Below, piece by piece: positions 19,408 to 32,357 of a DNA stretch of 64,000 bases. Numbering within the stretch: the stretch's first letter is position 1; each line of letters opens with the position of its first letter. A program made the translations under genes and the position numbers. The notes beneath the pieces are model-generated. The model was given only the letters and a program-made list of their open reading frames with translations. It was not told the origin of the DNA and ran no database searches. Source of the stretch: Bacteroidia bacterium (GTDB taxonomy: Bacteria; Bacteroidota; Bacteroidia; M30B66); NCBI GenBank assembly GCA_965279035.1, contig OZ257142.1:2464001-2528000 (forward strand), given 5' to 3'.

Positions 19408-19423
19408 AGTGCAAGTCTAAAGG

Positions 19424-19514
19424 CTGATGTGCTAGTGTGCTGATGTGCTAGTGTGATAGTGTGCTGGTTTGTTATCCTTATCAGCACATTAGCACATAAA
19501 CTAATTAGCACATT
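19424..19514. repeat. 8-bp-period tandem repeat with inverted arm (long hairpin)
   Basis: CTGATGTG/CTAGTGTG units; 19428-19443 is the reverse complement of 19481-19496 with one mismatch. Confidence 0.85.
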
Positions 19515-20532
19515 ATTTAAGTTTCGCTTCCAACACTCTGATCTCTCTTGAAGGAGAACCTCCTTCATAAAGGATGCGGTGGACAAAATCGCAAATCGGT
19601 AAATCAACTCCTAGGCTTTTGTTGACCTCGTTGAGTGAATGAACTGCGTAAAAACCTTCGGCGATCATATTCATCTCGAGCTGTGCCGATTTAACGGTAT
19701 AGCCTTTTCCAATCATCTGTCCGAAAATACGGTTACGACTGAATTGTGAGTAGGCAGTTACGAGCAAATCTCCCAAATAGGCACTTTCGTTTAAGTCGCG
19801 ATTGACATTAGGAACGGCTGCATCGAGAAAACGCTTCATTTCCTGCATGGCATTCGAAACCAGAACTGCTTGGAAATTATCCCCGTAATTCATCCCACGA
19901 GTAATACCAACCGCCAACGAAATAATATTTTTCATAACCGTTGCATATTCAATGCCTTGTACATCATTCAAAATCGTGTGTGTATGAATAAACCGACAGT
20001 TGAGAATATGAGCCATGCGTAAAGCCAATTCTTCATTCACTGCCGAAACGGTCAAATAGGATTGTCGCTCCAAGGCAACTTCTTCGGAATGACAAGGACC
20101 GGCGATAATACCCATTTGTTTTGGGTGAATGCCAATGCTTGTATGCAGGTAATCAGTAATGATTTCGTGTCTTTCGGGAATCATGCCTTTGATGGCAGAG
20201 AATACCGATTTTCCATGAAATGCATCTTTAGATAAACCCGACAAGGTTTGATGCACAAATGCAGCAGGCAAAGCCAAAATGATCATTTCCGAACCAGCTA
20301 TAACGGCTGATAAATCGGAGGAGGGATGCACTTTGTTCATGTCGAGCTGAATATCGCTCAGATAGCGCGGATTGTGTGAAAACTGCGCAATGTGCTGTAC
20401 TTGCTCTTCCGAACGCATCCACCAATGAACATGAATGGGACGTTCGTTTAAGATTTTAACAATGGCTGTAGCCCAACTTCCTGCACCTATTACGGCAACC
20501 GAAGGCATATGAGCAGATGGTTGATCGCTCAT
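19513..20532 (-). CDS. gpsA: NAD(P)H-dependent glycerol-3-phosphate dehydrogenase
   Basis: GAGSWATA, AIKG, GPCHSEEV, KNI, GDLLVTAYSQFSRNR. Confidence 0.95.
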   Translation of the reverse strand: MSDQPSAHMPSVAVIGAGSWATAIVKILNERPIHVHWWMRSEEQVQHIAQFSHNPRYLSDIQLDMNKVHPSSDLSAVIAGSEMIILALPAAFVHQTLSGLSKDAFHGKSVFSAIKGMIPERHEIITDYLHTSIGIHPKQMGIIAGPCHSEEVALERQSYLTVSAVNEELALRMAHILNCRFIHTHTILNDVQGIEYATVMKNIISLAVGITRGMNYGDNFQAVLVSNAMQEMKRFLDAAVPNVNRDLNESAYLGDLLVTAYSQFSRNRIFGQMIGKGYTVKSAQLEMNMIAEGFYAVHSLNEVNKSLGVDLPICDFVHRILYEGGSPSREIRVLEAKLK

Positions 20533-20536
20533 AGGC

Positions 20537-21679
20537 TTAAGATGAAACCGAAACCGGCTGAAGGATTTCCTTGAGTTTGTTTACAGTTGTGTCGATTTCT
20601 TCCTTGGTGGTGTATTTACTAAATGAGAAACGAACATTGTGACGAGCAGGATCTACTTTCAATGCACCTAAGACATGCGATCCAATGTCGGAACCAGAAG
20701 AACAAGCACTTCCTCCAGAGGCGCAAATACCATTGATATCGAGGTTGAATAGTAACATATCACCCGATTCATTTGGGGGAAATGAAACATTCAACACCGT
20801 GTAAAGCGAATTGTCAGATATGTCTCCATTGAATTGCACTCCAGGTATACTTTCACGCAATTGCTCAATCATATAGTTCTTCAATCCTTGCACATGTTGT
20901 TGATGGACTTCTAAATCGCGATACGCTACTTCCATCGCTTTAGCTAATCCAACTATTCCGTATAGATTTTCGGTTCCACCTCGCATATTGCGTTCTTGGG
21001 CGCCACCATAAATGAAGGGATGAATATTCGATCCGGAACGGATGAAGATAAATCCGACTCCTTTAGGTCCATGGAATTTATGTGCAGCACAGTTGATAAA
21101 ATCAACGGGGATTTCTTGCAAATCAAATGGATAATGCCCCATTGTTTGAACGGTGTCGCAATGCATGATGCCATTGTAGCTTTTAACTAAGGTGGCAACT
21201 TCTTTCAAAGGCAAACGAGTTCCAATTTCGTTATTGGCATGCATGAGCGAAACCAAAGAACGCGGCTTGGATTTCAATAATTCTTCTAATTGAGATAGAT
21301 CGACATTCCCTTTTTCATCGACGTTTAAGATGCTCAATTCAATTTTTCCTTCTTCTGCTAAATGCTCCAAAGTATGCAAAACAGCATGGTGTTCGGTTGG
21401 CGAAGTAATGGCGTGTTTTATCCCAAAATCTTCAATGCTACGAACGATAGCCATGTTATTCGCTTCGGTTCCGCCAGATGTGAAGAAAATCTCCGATGGT
21501 GAAACATTCAACAAAGAAGCTACTGTCTTACGAGATTTCTCAATAGCTGAACGAGTAATACGCCCCAAAGAATGAATCGAAGAAGGATTACCAAATTGCT
21601 CGCGCATCAAAGGAAGCATTGCGTCAATGACTTCATCATCTAAGCGAGTGGTTGCTGCATTGTCGAGATAGATTGCCAT
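20537..21679 (-). CDS. iscS: Cysteine desulfurase (IscS/NifS type)
   Basis: YLDNAATT, GNPSS.H, FTSGGTE, AHKFHGPKG, SGGSACSSG. Confidence 0.9.
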   Translation of the reverse strand: MAIYLDNAATTRLDDEVIDAMLPLMREQFGNPSSIHSLGRITRSAIEKSRKTVASLLNVSPSEIFFTSGGTEANNMAIVRSIEDFGIKHAITSPTEHHAVLHTLEHLAEEGKIELSILNVDEKGNVDLSQLEELLKSKPRSLVSLMHANNEIGTRLPLKEVATLVKSYNGIMHCDTVQTMGHYPFDLQEIPVDFINCAAHKFHGPKGVGFIFIRSGSNIHPFIYGGAQERNMRGGTENLYGIVGLAKAMEVAYRDLEVHQQHVQGLKNYMIEQLRESIPGVQFNGDISDNSLYTVLNVSFPPNESGDMLLFNLDINGICASGGSACSSGSDIGSHVLGALKVDPARHNVRFSFSKYTTKEEIDTTVNKLKEILQPVSVSS

Positions 21680-21729
21680 AGTATTTTGGGAAAAGGCCGC
21701 TGCAACGACCTGTTGGTTGAACAAACGAT

Positions 21730-23133
21730 TTATTTCAGCATCATTTCTGCAGTGAACTCCTTGATATCCATAATGATTTTATTCGCTAGGTTATCGGCTG
21801 TAGCCATGTTTTCGGCTTCAGAATAAATACGGATAATTGGTTCTGTATTCGAGCGACGTAAATGCACCCAGGATTTATCAAACTCAATCTTCACCCCATC
21901 AATCGTGTTGATTGGCTGCTTTTTATATTTTTCCTGAACTTTCATTAGAATCTCATCCACATTTAATTCAGGAGTCAATTCTACTTTGTTTTTAGAGATA
22001 TGGTAGTTAGGATAAGTTGAACGAAGCATCGAAACGCTTTTACCGTATTTGGCTAAATGCGTGAGGAATAAAGCGATTCCAACTAAAGCATCACGTCCGT
22101 AGTGCAATTCAGGATAAATAATTCCTCCATTTCCTTCACCACCAATAATGGCGTTTTGAGCTTTCATCATTTCCACCACATTCACCTCCCCTACTGCCGA
22201 CGCAAAATACTGATTATTATATTTTTCAGTTACCTCACGTAATGCTCTGGTTGAAGATAAATTTGATACCGTTGAACCGGGAGTATTCTTCAAAACATAA
22301 TCGGCTACAGCAACTAATGTGTACTCTTCACCGAACATATCTCCATCTTCACAAACAAGTGCTAAGCGATCCACATCTGGATCAACAGAAATTCCTAAAT
22401 GAGCTTTTTTCTTCACCACTTCTTCACTCAAATCGCGTAAATTCTCAGGTAGTGGTTCTGGATTATGAGGGAATTTTCCATCAGGTGTGCAAAACAACTC
22501 GGTCACTTGCTCAACACCTAAAGCCTTTAATAACATTGGAATAGCAATTCCTCCAGTTGAGTTTACCGCATCAATCACCACTCGGAAATTGGCATTACGA
22601 ATAGCGTCTACATCCACCAAAGGCAAGGCTAATACACGGTCGATGTGTTTTCGTATGTAGCCATCCACTTGATGATAACTACCTAGATGATTTACATCTA
22701 CATAGTTAAAATCTTCTCTGTCAGCAATATCGAGAACGTTTTGACCATCCTCGGCTGAGATGAATTCGCCCTTTTCGTTGAGCAATTTCAAGGCATTCCA
22801 TTGTTTAGGATTATGACTAGCTGTAAGGATAATTCCAGCATGCGCATTTTCCATTTCAACAGCTAACTCAACAGTTGGAGTGGTACTTAAGCCCAAATCA
22901 ATCACATCGATGCCCATACCTTGCAGCGTTCCAACGACCAGATTACGAAACATTTCTCCTGAAATACGAGCATCACGGCCAATAACGATTGTGTAATGAT
23001 CGCGCTGTTGGCGTTGTTTTACCCACGTAGCAAAAGCTGAAGTAAACTTCACAATATCTACCGGTGAAAGTCCATCTCCAGGAGCACCACCAATGGTTCC
23101 ACGAATTCCCGAAATTGATTTAATTAATGCCAT
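21730..23133 (-). CDS. glmM: Phosphoglucosamine mutase
   Basis: SISGIRG, TASHNP, DPDVDR, GGEGNGG, R.SNTEP. Confidence 0.88.
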   Translation of the reverse strand: MALIKSISGIRGTIGGAPGDGLSPVDIVKFTSAFATWVKQRQQRDHYTIVIGRDARISGEMFRNLVVGTLQGMGIDVIDLGLSTTPTVELAVEMENAHAGIILTASHNPKQWNALKLLNEKGEFISAEDGQNVLDIADREDFNYVDVNHLGSYHQVDGYIRKHIDRVLALPLVDVDAIRNANFRVVIDAVNSTGGIAIPMLLKALGVEQVTELFCTPDGKFPHNPEPLPENLRDLSEEVVKKKAHLGISVDPDVDRLALVCEDGDMFGEEYTLVAVADYVLKNTPGSTVSNLSSTRALREVTEKYNNQYFASAVGEVNVVEMMKAQNAIIGGEGNGGIIYPELHYGRDALVGIALFLTHLAKYGKSVSMLRSTYPNYHISKNKVELTPELNVDEILMKVQEKYKKQPINTIDGVKIEFDKSWVHLRRSNTEPIIRIYSEAENMATADNLANKIIMDIKEFTAEMMLK

Positions 23134-24023
23134 GACTGTTTGAATAATAATTTAAAATTCAGTTGACTTAGTGTGTCGCTTGAAGGTGGAAGTGTTTGAT
23201 ATGCTGCATTTCCCGCTCAATTGCCCCATAAATATCGGAGCGAACATTGACTAAAGGAAGTCGCACAAATTCTTCGCAAATGCCCAATAATTTGAGCGCT
23301 GATTTAATTCCTGCTGGACTACCATCAGCAAACATTAAACGCGTAAACTCTAGTAATGCATAGTGTATTGGACGAGCAGAAACTACATCTCCATCCATTG
23401 CACGACGCGTCATTTCGGAGAAAAGTAAAGGGTATGCGTTGGCTACAACTGAAATAACACCATCGGCACCGCAAGCCAACAAAGGCAGTGTTAATGCATC
23501 ATCGCCACTGTGAACCAGGAATCCATCGGGACGTTGACGAATAATTTGCATGATTTGCTCCATGTTTCCTGAAGCTTCTTTCACACCACACACGTTTTTG
23601 CATTCATGAGCGATTCTTAAGGTTGTTTCTGCAGTCATGTTTACGCCTGTTCTGCCAGGAACATTATAAAGCATCACTGGTTTAGCACTCGCTTCGGCCA
23701 CTAATTTATAATGCTGAAAATGACCTTCTTGATTCGGTTTATTGTAATAAGGTGCAACCGACAAAATAGCTGCAATGCCATTCATATCGGTATGTTGAAG
23801 CGTTTCTACAACTTCGTGAGTATTGTTTCCTCCTACACCTAACATGACAGCACAACGACCCGCATTTTCGTCCAAAACAATTTCTTGAACACGTTTCTTT
23901 TCGTCTTTGCTTAAGGTAACCGATTCACCTGTAGTTCCAAGAGCAACAAGCACATCAATTCCACCTTCAGCCAAGTGGTTTACCAGGCGACGAAGTGCTT
24001 GTTCATCAACATTTCCTTTAGGA

Positions 24024-26791
<2,768 letters not shown>

Positions 26792-26833
26792 TCATAAGTT
26801 TGCAGCGATTTTTAACCCTCGTTTTCCCAAATC

Positions 26834-28012
26834 ATGAATGAAGTTGTAATCATTGCTGCTGTTCGTACTCCGATTGGTAGTTTTAACGGCTCTTTGGCCG
26901 GACTTACTGCAACACAGTTAGGTGCTGCTGCTATAAAAGGTGCTGTAGAACGCGCTGGAATCCAGCCTAGTCAAGTACAGGAAGTATTTATGGGTAATGT
27001 GATTTCTGCCAATTTAGGTCAGGCTCCTGCTACTCAAGCGGCTACTTACGCTGGTTTACCGGATACAGTTCCAAGTACAACCGTTAATAAAGTATGTGCT
27101 TCGGCTATGAAGGCGGTGATGTTGGGAGCGCAATCTATCATGGCAGGAACCAACGATGTGGTTATTGCCGGAGGAATGGAAAGCATGTCGAATATTCCTT
27201 ATTACCTCGATAAAGCACGTAATGGTTATCGTTTAGGTCACGGACAAATCATTGATGGTTTGGTGCGTGATGGATTGTGGGATGTTTATAAAAACTACCA
27301 CATGGGTTCTGCAGCTGAATTGTGTTCACGTGAATACAGTATTAGTCGTGAAGAACAAGATGCGTATGCAATTGAATCTTATACACGTTCGGCTGCTGCG
27401 GTTGCTGCGGGAAAATTCAAAAACGAAATTGTTCCGGTAAGTATTCCACAACGTAAAGGCGATCCAATCGTAGTTTCGGAAGATGAAGAATACAAAAACA
27501 TCAAATTCGATAAAGTTCCTACACTTAATCCTGCATTTGAAAAAGACGGAACAGTTACTGCGGCAAATGCTTCTACATTAAATGATGGTGCTGTTGCCCT
27601 TGTTTTGATGAGTGCTACAAAAGCAGCTGAACTAGGATTGAAACCAATTGCTGCTATTCGTGGAATTGCTGATGCTCAACAAGCACCTGAATACTTTACT
27701 ACTGCTCCTGCGAAAGCAATTCCTCTAGCTATTGCAAAAGCTGGTTTGAAAGCTTCTGATATTGGATATTACGAAATCAATGAGGCATTCTCCGTTGTTG
27801 CCATTGCAAACAATAAAATTTTAGGATTGGATGCTTCTAAAGTAAACGTAAACGGTGGTGCTGTTGCTCTTGGACATCCGCTAGGTACTTCTGGTGCTCG
27901 TATTATTGCCACATTAATTAACGTTTTGGATCAAAACAACAGTCAATATGGAGTTGCTGCAATCTGTAATGGTGGCGGTGGTGCTTCAGCTGTAGTGATT
28001 GAAAAACTCTAA
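26834..28012 (+). CDS. atoB: Acetyl-CoA C-acetyltransferase (thiolase)
   Basis: NKVCAS, GGMESMS, EINEAF, GHPLG, ICNGGGG. Confidence 0.92.
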   Translation: MNEVVIIAAVRTPIGSFNGSLAGLTATQLGAAAIKGAVERAGIQPSQVQEVFMGNVISANLGQAPATQAATYAGLPDTVPSTTVNKVCASAMKAVMLGAQSIMAGTNDVVIAGGMESMSNIPYYLDKARNGYRLGHGQIIDGLVRDGLWDVYKNYHMGSAAELCSREYSISREEQDAYAIESYTRSAAAVAAGKFKNEIVPVSIPQRKGDPIVVSEDEEYKNIKFDKVPTLNPAFEKDGTVTAANASTLNDGAVALVLMSATKAAELGLKPIAAIRGIADAQQAPEYFTTAPAKAIPLAIAKAGLKASDIGYYEINEAFSVVAIANNKILGLDASKVNVNGGAVALGHPLGTSGARIIATLINVLDQNNSQYGVAAICNGGGGASAVVIEKL

Positions 28013-28042
28013 ATCGTGCAAAACGGTCCAACTGACATCCGA

Positions 28043-28831
28043 ATGAATTTCGGGATTTGTAATCTGAGCGTTATCCCTGGTCGAATTGAACCGAGTGATA
28101 AAAGCGAGATGATCACACAATTGCTATTTGGCGAGCATTTTACCGTGTTGCGTCGACAAGGTAATTGGTTGTATATCCGATGTGCTTTTGATAATTACGA
28201 ATGTTGGATTGATATAAAACAATGTCAGGAAATCTCTCTGGAAACCTTTACAGAATTGGAATCCAGAGAGATTACTTCGACCATGGAGTTGATGTATGTG
28301 CTTCAGGATACCGAGCGTGGATTTTATCAGCCGGTTGTAATTGGTAGTTCTCTCCCCTATTTCGATGGTAGAACTTGCAATTTGGAAGGTTTTGAATATG
28401 CATATGATGGTCAAACCAACACCATCAAACATGGTACTATCAACCAGTTTATTACTGAAACAGCTTATACTTATTTGAATGCACCTTATCTCTGGGGAGG
28501 ACGATCTCCTTTGGGAATTGATTGCTCCGGATTTACGCAAGTAGTTTTTAAGATAGCGGGACAAAAGCTAGATCGAGATGCATATCAGCAAGCTGATCAA
28601 GGTGTAACGCTTGGTTTTATTGATGAAGCAGAAGCGGGTGATTTAGTTTTTTTCGATAATGAAGAAGGTAAAATTATCCATGTAGGTATTTTATTAGGTG
28701 CTGGAAAAATCATCCATGCATCGGGACGAGTTCGAATAGACCGTATCGATCATCAGGGAATTTTCAACGAAGAAACTGGGAAATATACTCATCAACTTCG
28801 CGTCATCAAACGGGTTTTAGCCTTAGCGTGA
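28043..28831 (+). CDS. NlpC/P60 (C40) peptidase with N-terminal SH3-like domain
   Basis: QLLFGE, PYLWGG, GIDCSG, HVGI, IIHASG. Confidence 0.92.
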   Translation: MNFGICNLSVIPGRIEPSDKSEMITQLLFGEHFTVLRRQGNWLYIRCAFDNYECWIDIKQCQEISLETFTELESREITSTMELMYVLQDTERGFYQPVVIGSSLPYFDGRTCNLEGFEYAYDGQTNTIKHGTINQFITETAYTYLNAPYLWGGRSPLGIDCSGFTQVVFKIAGQKLDRDAYQQADQGVTLGFIDEAEAGDLVFFDNEEGKIIHVGILLGAGKIIHASGRVRIDRIDHQGIFNEETGKYTHQLRVIKRVLALA

Positions 28832-28875
28832 TTGATGTCACAACTTTTCTTTAAAATTCAATTGAGATTTGGCTT

Positions 28876-29334
28876 ATGAAAAAGAAACATCTCATCATCC
28901 TAATACTCATTTTAGGAAGCATAACAACAGCATTTACTATCTCTACTAAATACAATTCAACATCTGGATCTTCCGAACCTTGGAAACCAGAACAATTAAT
29001 GGAGCCTTCAGTATTAGCTTCTAAATTGGCATCTCCCGAAAAACATCCTTTGATTTTCGATATTGGACCTTCAGGAATCATCAAAGAAGCTGTTGAAATA
29101 GGTCCTGGTCAAGAAAAAAACAATATTGATAAACTGAAGTTGGCTTTAAGCAAACAGGATAGATCAAGGGAAGTAGTTATTTATTGCGGATGTTGTCCTT
29201 TTAAAAATTGTCCAAACATTCGTCCGGCTTTCGAAGCGTTGAATGAAGCAGGATTTAAAAATTCATATTTGCTTAATCTATCTCAAAATCTTCGAGTTGA
29301 TTGGATTGCCAAAGGATATCCAATGGCTCACTAA
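28876..29334 (+). CDS. Secreted rhodanese-like domain protein
   Basis: Signal peptide; EVVIYCGCCP...L...GF.N...W...GYP. Confidence 0.75.
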   Translation: MKKKHLIILILILGSITTAFTISTKYNSTSGSSEPWKPEQLMEPSVLASKLASPEKHPLIFDIGPSGIIKEAVEIGPGQEKNNIDKLKLALSKQDRSREVVIYCGCCPFKNCPNIRPAFEALNEAGFKNSYLLNLSQNLRVDWIAKGYPMAH

Positions 29335-29428
29335 ACAATCGCTATTTTATTGTTACCAATCGGTAAACTTTTCACGCACACACCAAAAGCAGCAGCCATC
29401 CTCGTATGTTTGCTGCTTAATTTTTAGT

Positions 29429-30010
29429 ATGAAATCAATCGTAGTGTATTGTGGATCACGTAAAGGAAATAGACCAGCTTATGCAGAAACAGCTCAAATG
29501 CTTGGAAAAACTCTAGCTGAAAAAAATATTAGATTGGTATATGGTGGCGGGAACGTTGGCTTGATGGGCATTACAGCCGATTCAACTATGCAACATGGTG
29601 GTGAAGTTTTGGGAATTATTCCTGGTTTCTTGAATCAATTGGAAGTTGGACATACTGGAATTTCTGAGTTACGTGTAGTAGAAAACATGCATCAACGCAA
29701 ACTCATGATGCACGAAGAATCGGATGGAATCATTACGCTTCCAGGCGGATTTGGAACGATGGAAGAGATATTTGAAATGCTCACCTGGGGACAATTAGGT
29801 ATGCATCAAAAACCCATTGGAGTGCTGAATGTAGAAGGCTATTATGACGATTTAATTGCACAAGCCGACCGCATGGTAGCAGATGATTTCCTCAGTGTTC
29901 GAAACCGAGAAATGTTGATTGTGGAATCTGATCCAATTCGATTAATTGAATTACTTGTGAATTATGTTCCGAGTCCGAATCCAATCGTAATTACTCCTGA
30001 ACGAAGCTGA
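29429..30010 (+). CDS. LOG family protein (TIGR00730)
   Basis: VYCGS, LVYGGG.VGLMG, MHQRK, LPGGFGTMEE. Confidence 0.93.
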   Translation: MKSIVVYCGSRKGNRPAYAETAQMLGKTLAEKNIRLVYGGGNVGLMGITADSTMQHGGEVLGIIPGFLNQLEVGHTGISELRVVENMHQRKLMMHEESDGIITLPGGFGTMEEIFEMLTWGQLGMHQKPIGVLNVEGYYDDLIAQADRMVADDFLSVRNREMLIVESDPIRLIELLVNYVPSPNPIVITPERS

Positions 30011-31663
30011 TTACTCGAAATGCTCGTTTGATAATTCTTCTTTCACTGGAGCATATCGTTTTTCTAAATCATTCATGTACTTGGCAAATCGATCCTCCAT
30101 TTTTTCTAAACGATTTGTATTATCCATACTAATCGATTTCTTTTCTGGGAAGCTTTCTATATGCAACGTTTGTGTTGGATATGCCAAACGGACTCCTAAA
30201 ACATCTGCTAAACGGATTGTTTCGAGGATAATTTCGTGGCGCGCTTTTAACTCTTCCGTTAAGGTTGCAGAACTAAAAAAGATATTGAAAAGAATATTGA
30301 TTGAACTTGATGTGAGTTCGTTGACATGTATTTCATTTTCTTCGGTTCGTGTTTGAGGATGAAGATGAACAATGTCTCTAAGTCCTTTAACATAGAGTTG
30401 GATGAGTTCAACGGGCGTATCATAATTTAAGGTAATGAAGGTTCTATAACGACGAAACTGCCGCATTCCTAAATTATCGACCACCATATCGACCAATTTC
30501 CCATTGGGAACAGAAATCAGCGAATTCGCTCCTGTACGAATGCGAGTGGAACGAAAGCCTACTTCTTCTACTGTTCCTGTAAAACCATCTGCCGAAACTA
30601 AATCACCAATTTGGAAAGGTTTGTCCACGAATATCATCAAGGAGCCAAACATGTTCTTGATAGTGTCTTGAGCTGCAAGTGCAAAGGCTAAACCTCCAAT
30701 CGAAACTCCAGCAATTAAAGCAGTTAAGTTAAAATCGAGGTTATTTAAAATAGCTACAACTCCGAAAATGACTACAAACACTTTCATTGCTTTCCGAAAC
30801 AACGGAACGAGTTGATCATCAAGTGTGGTATCGGTTTGCTCGGCGCGTCGTTTTAGAATGAGTGAGAACACATCTGCCAAACGATACAAAGCAATGGTGA
30901 GAAAAACGGGTTCAACTATATCAAACCCGAGCACTACATAATACGCATAATCAGAGGGAAATAGCAAAGAAGGAAAAAGCCTATGCATCACTTGAACCAA
31001 GACCAAATAACTAATGGGAATGGCCATGCGGTGAATGGCATTTTTGAATTCTTCGGATACGTTTGTACGTTGTATGATACGTCTTACGATACGCTCAATA
31101 AGCACGGTAAACAAGCGGTGTAGTAGAAATCCGATCAGGATAAGAATGAGAATACCGATATACTGCCAAGCTTTAAGCCCTAGGAAAGTTTTGTTATTAG
31201 TGCTTGGGAATAGGTTCATCAAAATGTCCGTCCCCAATGGAAATATTTTATGATGAATTTCCGGAATCGCTTGCATGGTTCGAGATGAATATTCCCATTT
31301 ATCATTATTACGAACCAAGTAAATTGCAGGAAAGCCTTTTTCGGGTGCGTATTGCTGTTTATTTATTAGCGTATCGATGAATTCTGGATCGCTAGGAATA
31401 GAAGAAAAATCGGGTTTGAAACCACGACTATCGTAGATCTGCTTGAGTTGAATAGCAAGTTCTTGATTCGTAGCTGATGAATTCCCAAAAACTTCGGCTG
31501 ATTTTTCAGGTTGAAAATGTGCATCCTGCAAATAATAGAAATGCTTGAATACAGCACTTTGCGGACTTTTTTGATCAATCGGATATTCTTGAGCAAGGAG
31601 AGAAAATCCTGTATTGATAAAAAGTAAATGGAGCAATAAGCAAAATCGAAGAACGCGGATCAT
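30011..31663 (-). CDS. MscS family mechanosensitive channel with periplasmic N-domain
   Basis: GGLAFALAAQD, DKPFQIGD, GTVEEVGFRSTRIRT, AYPTQTL. Confidence 0.92.
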   Translation of the reverse strand: MIRVLRFCLLLHLLFINTGFSLLAQEYPIDQKSPQSAVFKHFYYLQDAHFQPEKSAEVFGNSSATNQELAIQLKQIYDSRGFKPDFSSIPSDPEFIDTLINKQQYAPEKGFPAIYLVRNNDKWEYSSRTMQAIPEIHHKIFPLGTDILMNLFPSTNNKTFLGLKAWQYIGILILILIGFLLHRLFTVLIERIVRRIIQRTNVSEEFKNAIHRMAIPISYLVLVQVMHRLFPSLLFPSDYAYYVVLGFDIVEPVFLTIALYRLADVFSLILKRRAEQTDTTLDDQLVPLFRKAMKVFVVIFGVVAILNNLDFNLTALIAGVSIGGLAFALAAQDTIKNMFGSLMIFVDKPFQIGDLVSADGFTGTVEEVGFRSTRIRTGANSLISVPNGKLVDMVVDNLGMRQFRRYRTFITLNYDTPVELIQLYVKGLRDIVHLHPQTRTEENEIHVNELTSSSINILFNIFFSSATLTEELKARHEIILETIRLADVLGVRLAYPTQTLHIESFPEKKSISMDNTNRLEKMEDRFAKYMNDLEKRYAPVKEELSNEHFE

Positions 31664-31856
31664 GGCTTTGATTCGGAAGATTGGGTAAAAAATTCAGAAG
31701 GCGAAAATAACCTAAAAAGAATGTTGAAAATCGGCTTTCTAGCTCGAGTTGTTTACAGGGATTTAATGGGTTTTCAACTAGACGAGGTGAAACTCTTTTC
31801 TTTCGAAGTGTATTATGAGTACATTAATTCATCAGGTTTACATTAAAATTAATATC

Positions 31857-32357
31857 ATGACGGACGCACATTGGCATTTAGTATTTAACCACATGCCCAT
31901 TATGGGAGCATTTTTCGGTTTATTAATTCTTGCTGCAGGAATTTTCCTTAAACAACCGATCATTCGCAAAACAGCTTATTGTGTATTGATATTCAGCTCA
32001 CTACTTACATTACCTGCTTTCTTTACAGGTGAAGGTGCTGAAGAAATGATCGAAGAACTGCCCGGAGTTTCACATCATCTCATTCATGAACACGAAGAAT
32101 CGGCTGAATTCGCCTTATGGCTTTCTGAAATTTTAGGAATTCTTGCTTTTGTGGCTCTTTATTTTGAACAAACCAAACATAAACTAGCAGGCACATTGAG
32201 TATTGTTACCTTAATTTTCAATCTAGGAACTTTTGTTTCGATGAGCCTTGTAGGGAATTCAGGTGGAGAAATTCGTCACCCGGAAATTCGAAAAGAAAGT
32301 CTTTCCTCTTCTTCTGATTCTTTAAATAGAATCAAAGAAAACGAAGAAGATCACTGA
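31857..32357 (+). CDS. His-rich membrane protein (DUF2231-like)
   Basis: HLVFNHMPI, TGEGAEE, HEHEE, GGEIRHPEI. Confidence 0.7.
   Translation: MTDAHWHLVFNHMPIMGAFFGLLILAAGIFLKQPIIRKTAYCVLIFSSLLTLPAFFTGEGAEEMIEELPGVSHHLIHEHEESAEFALWLSEILGILAFVALYFEQTKHKLAGTLSIVTLIFNLGTFVSMSLVGNSGGEIRHPEIRKESLSSSSDSLNRIKENEEDH

Larger units (their letters stand above)
18210..19423 (-). mobile_element. IS110 family insertion sequence
   Basis: Single transposase with about 210 bp non-coding end upstream; no terminal IRs or TSD. Removing it restores the 8-bp repeat register TGATGTG|CTGATGTG. Confidence 0.85.

Noticed and set aside
18224-19419. TGCAAGTCTA direct repeat as a target-site duplication
   Set aside because: One copy overlaps the transposase stop codon and both lie inside the ends defined by the guide matches and repeat register; IS110 elements do not make TSDs.
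19398-19607. 69-aa ORF on the minus strand
   Set aside because: Out-of-frame overlap with gpsA and runs through the 8-bp repeat; low-complexity translation.
28124-28564. 146-aa antisense ORF and the many other 60-100 aa nested ORFs
   Set aside because: Shadows of well-supported genes with no motifs.
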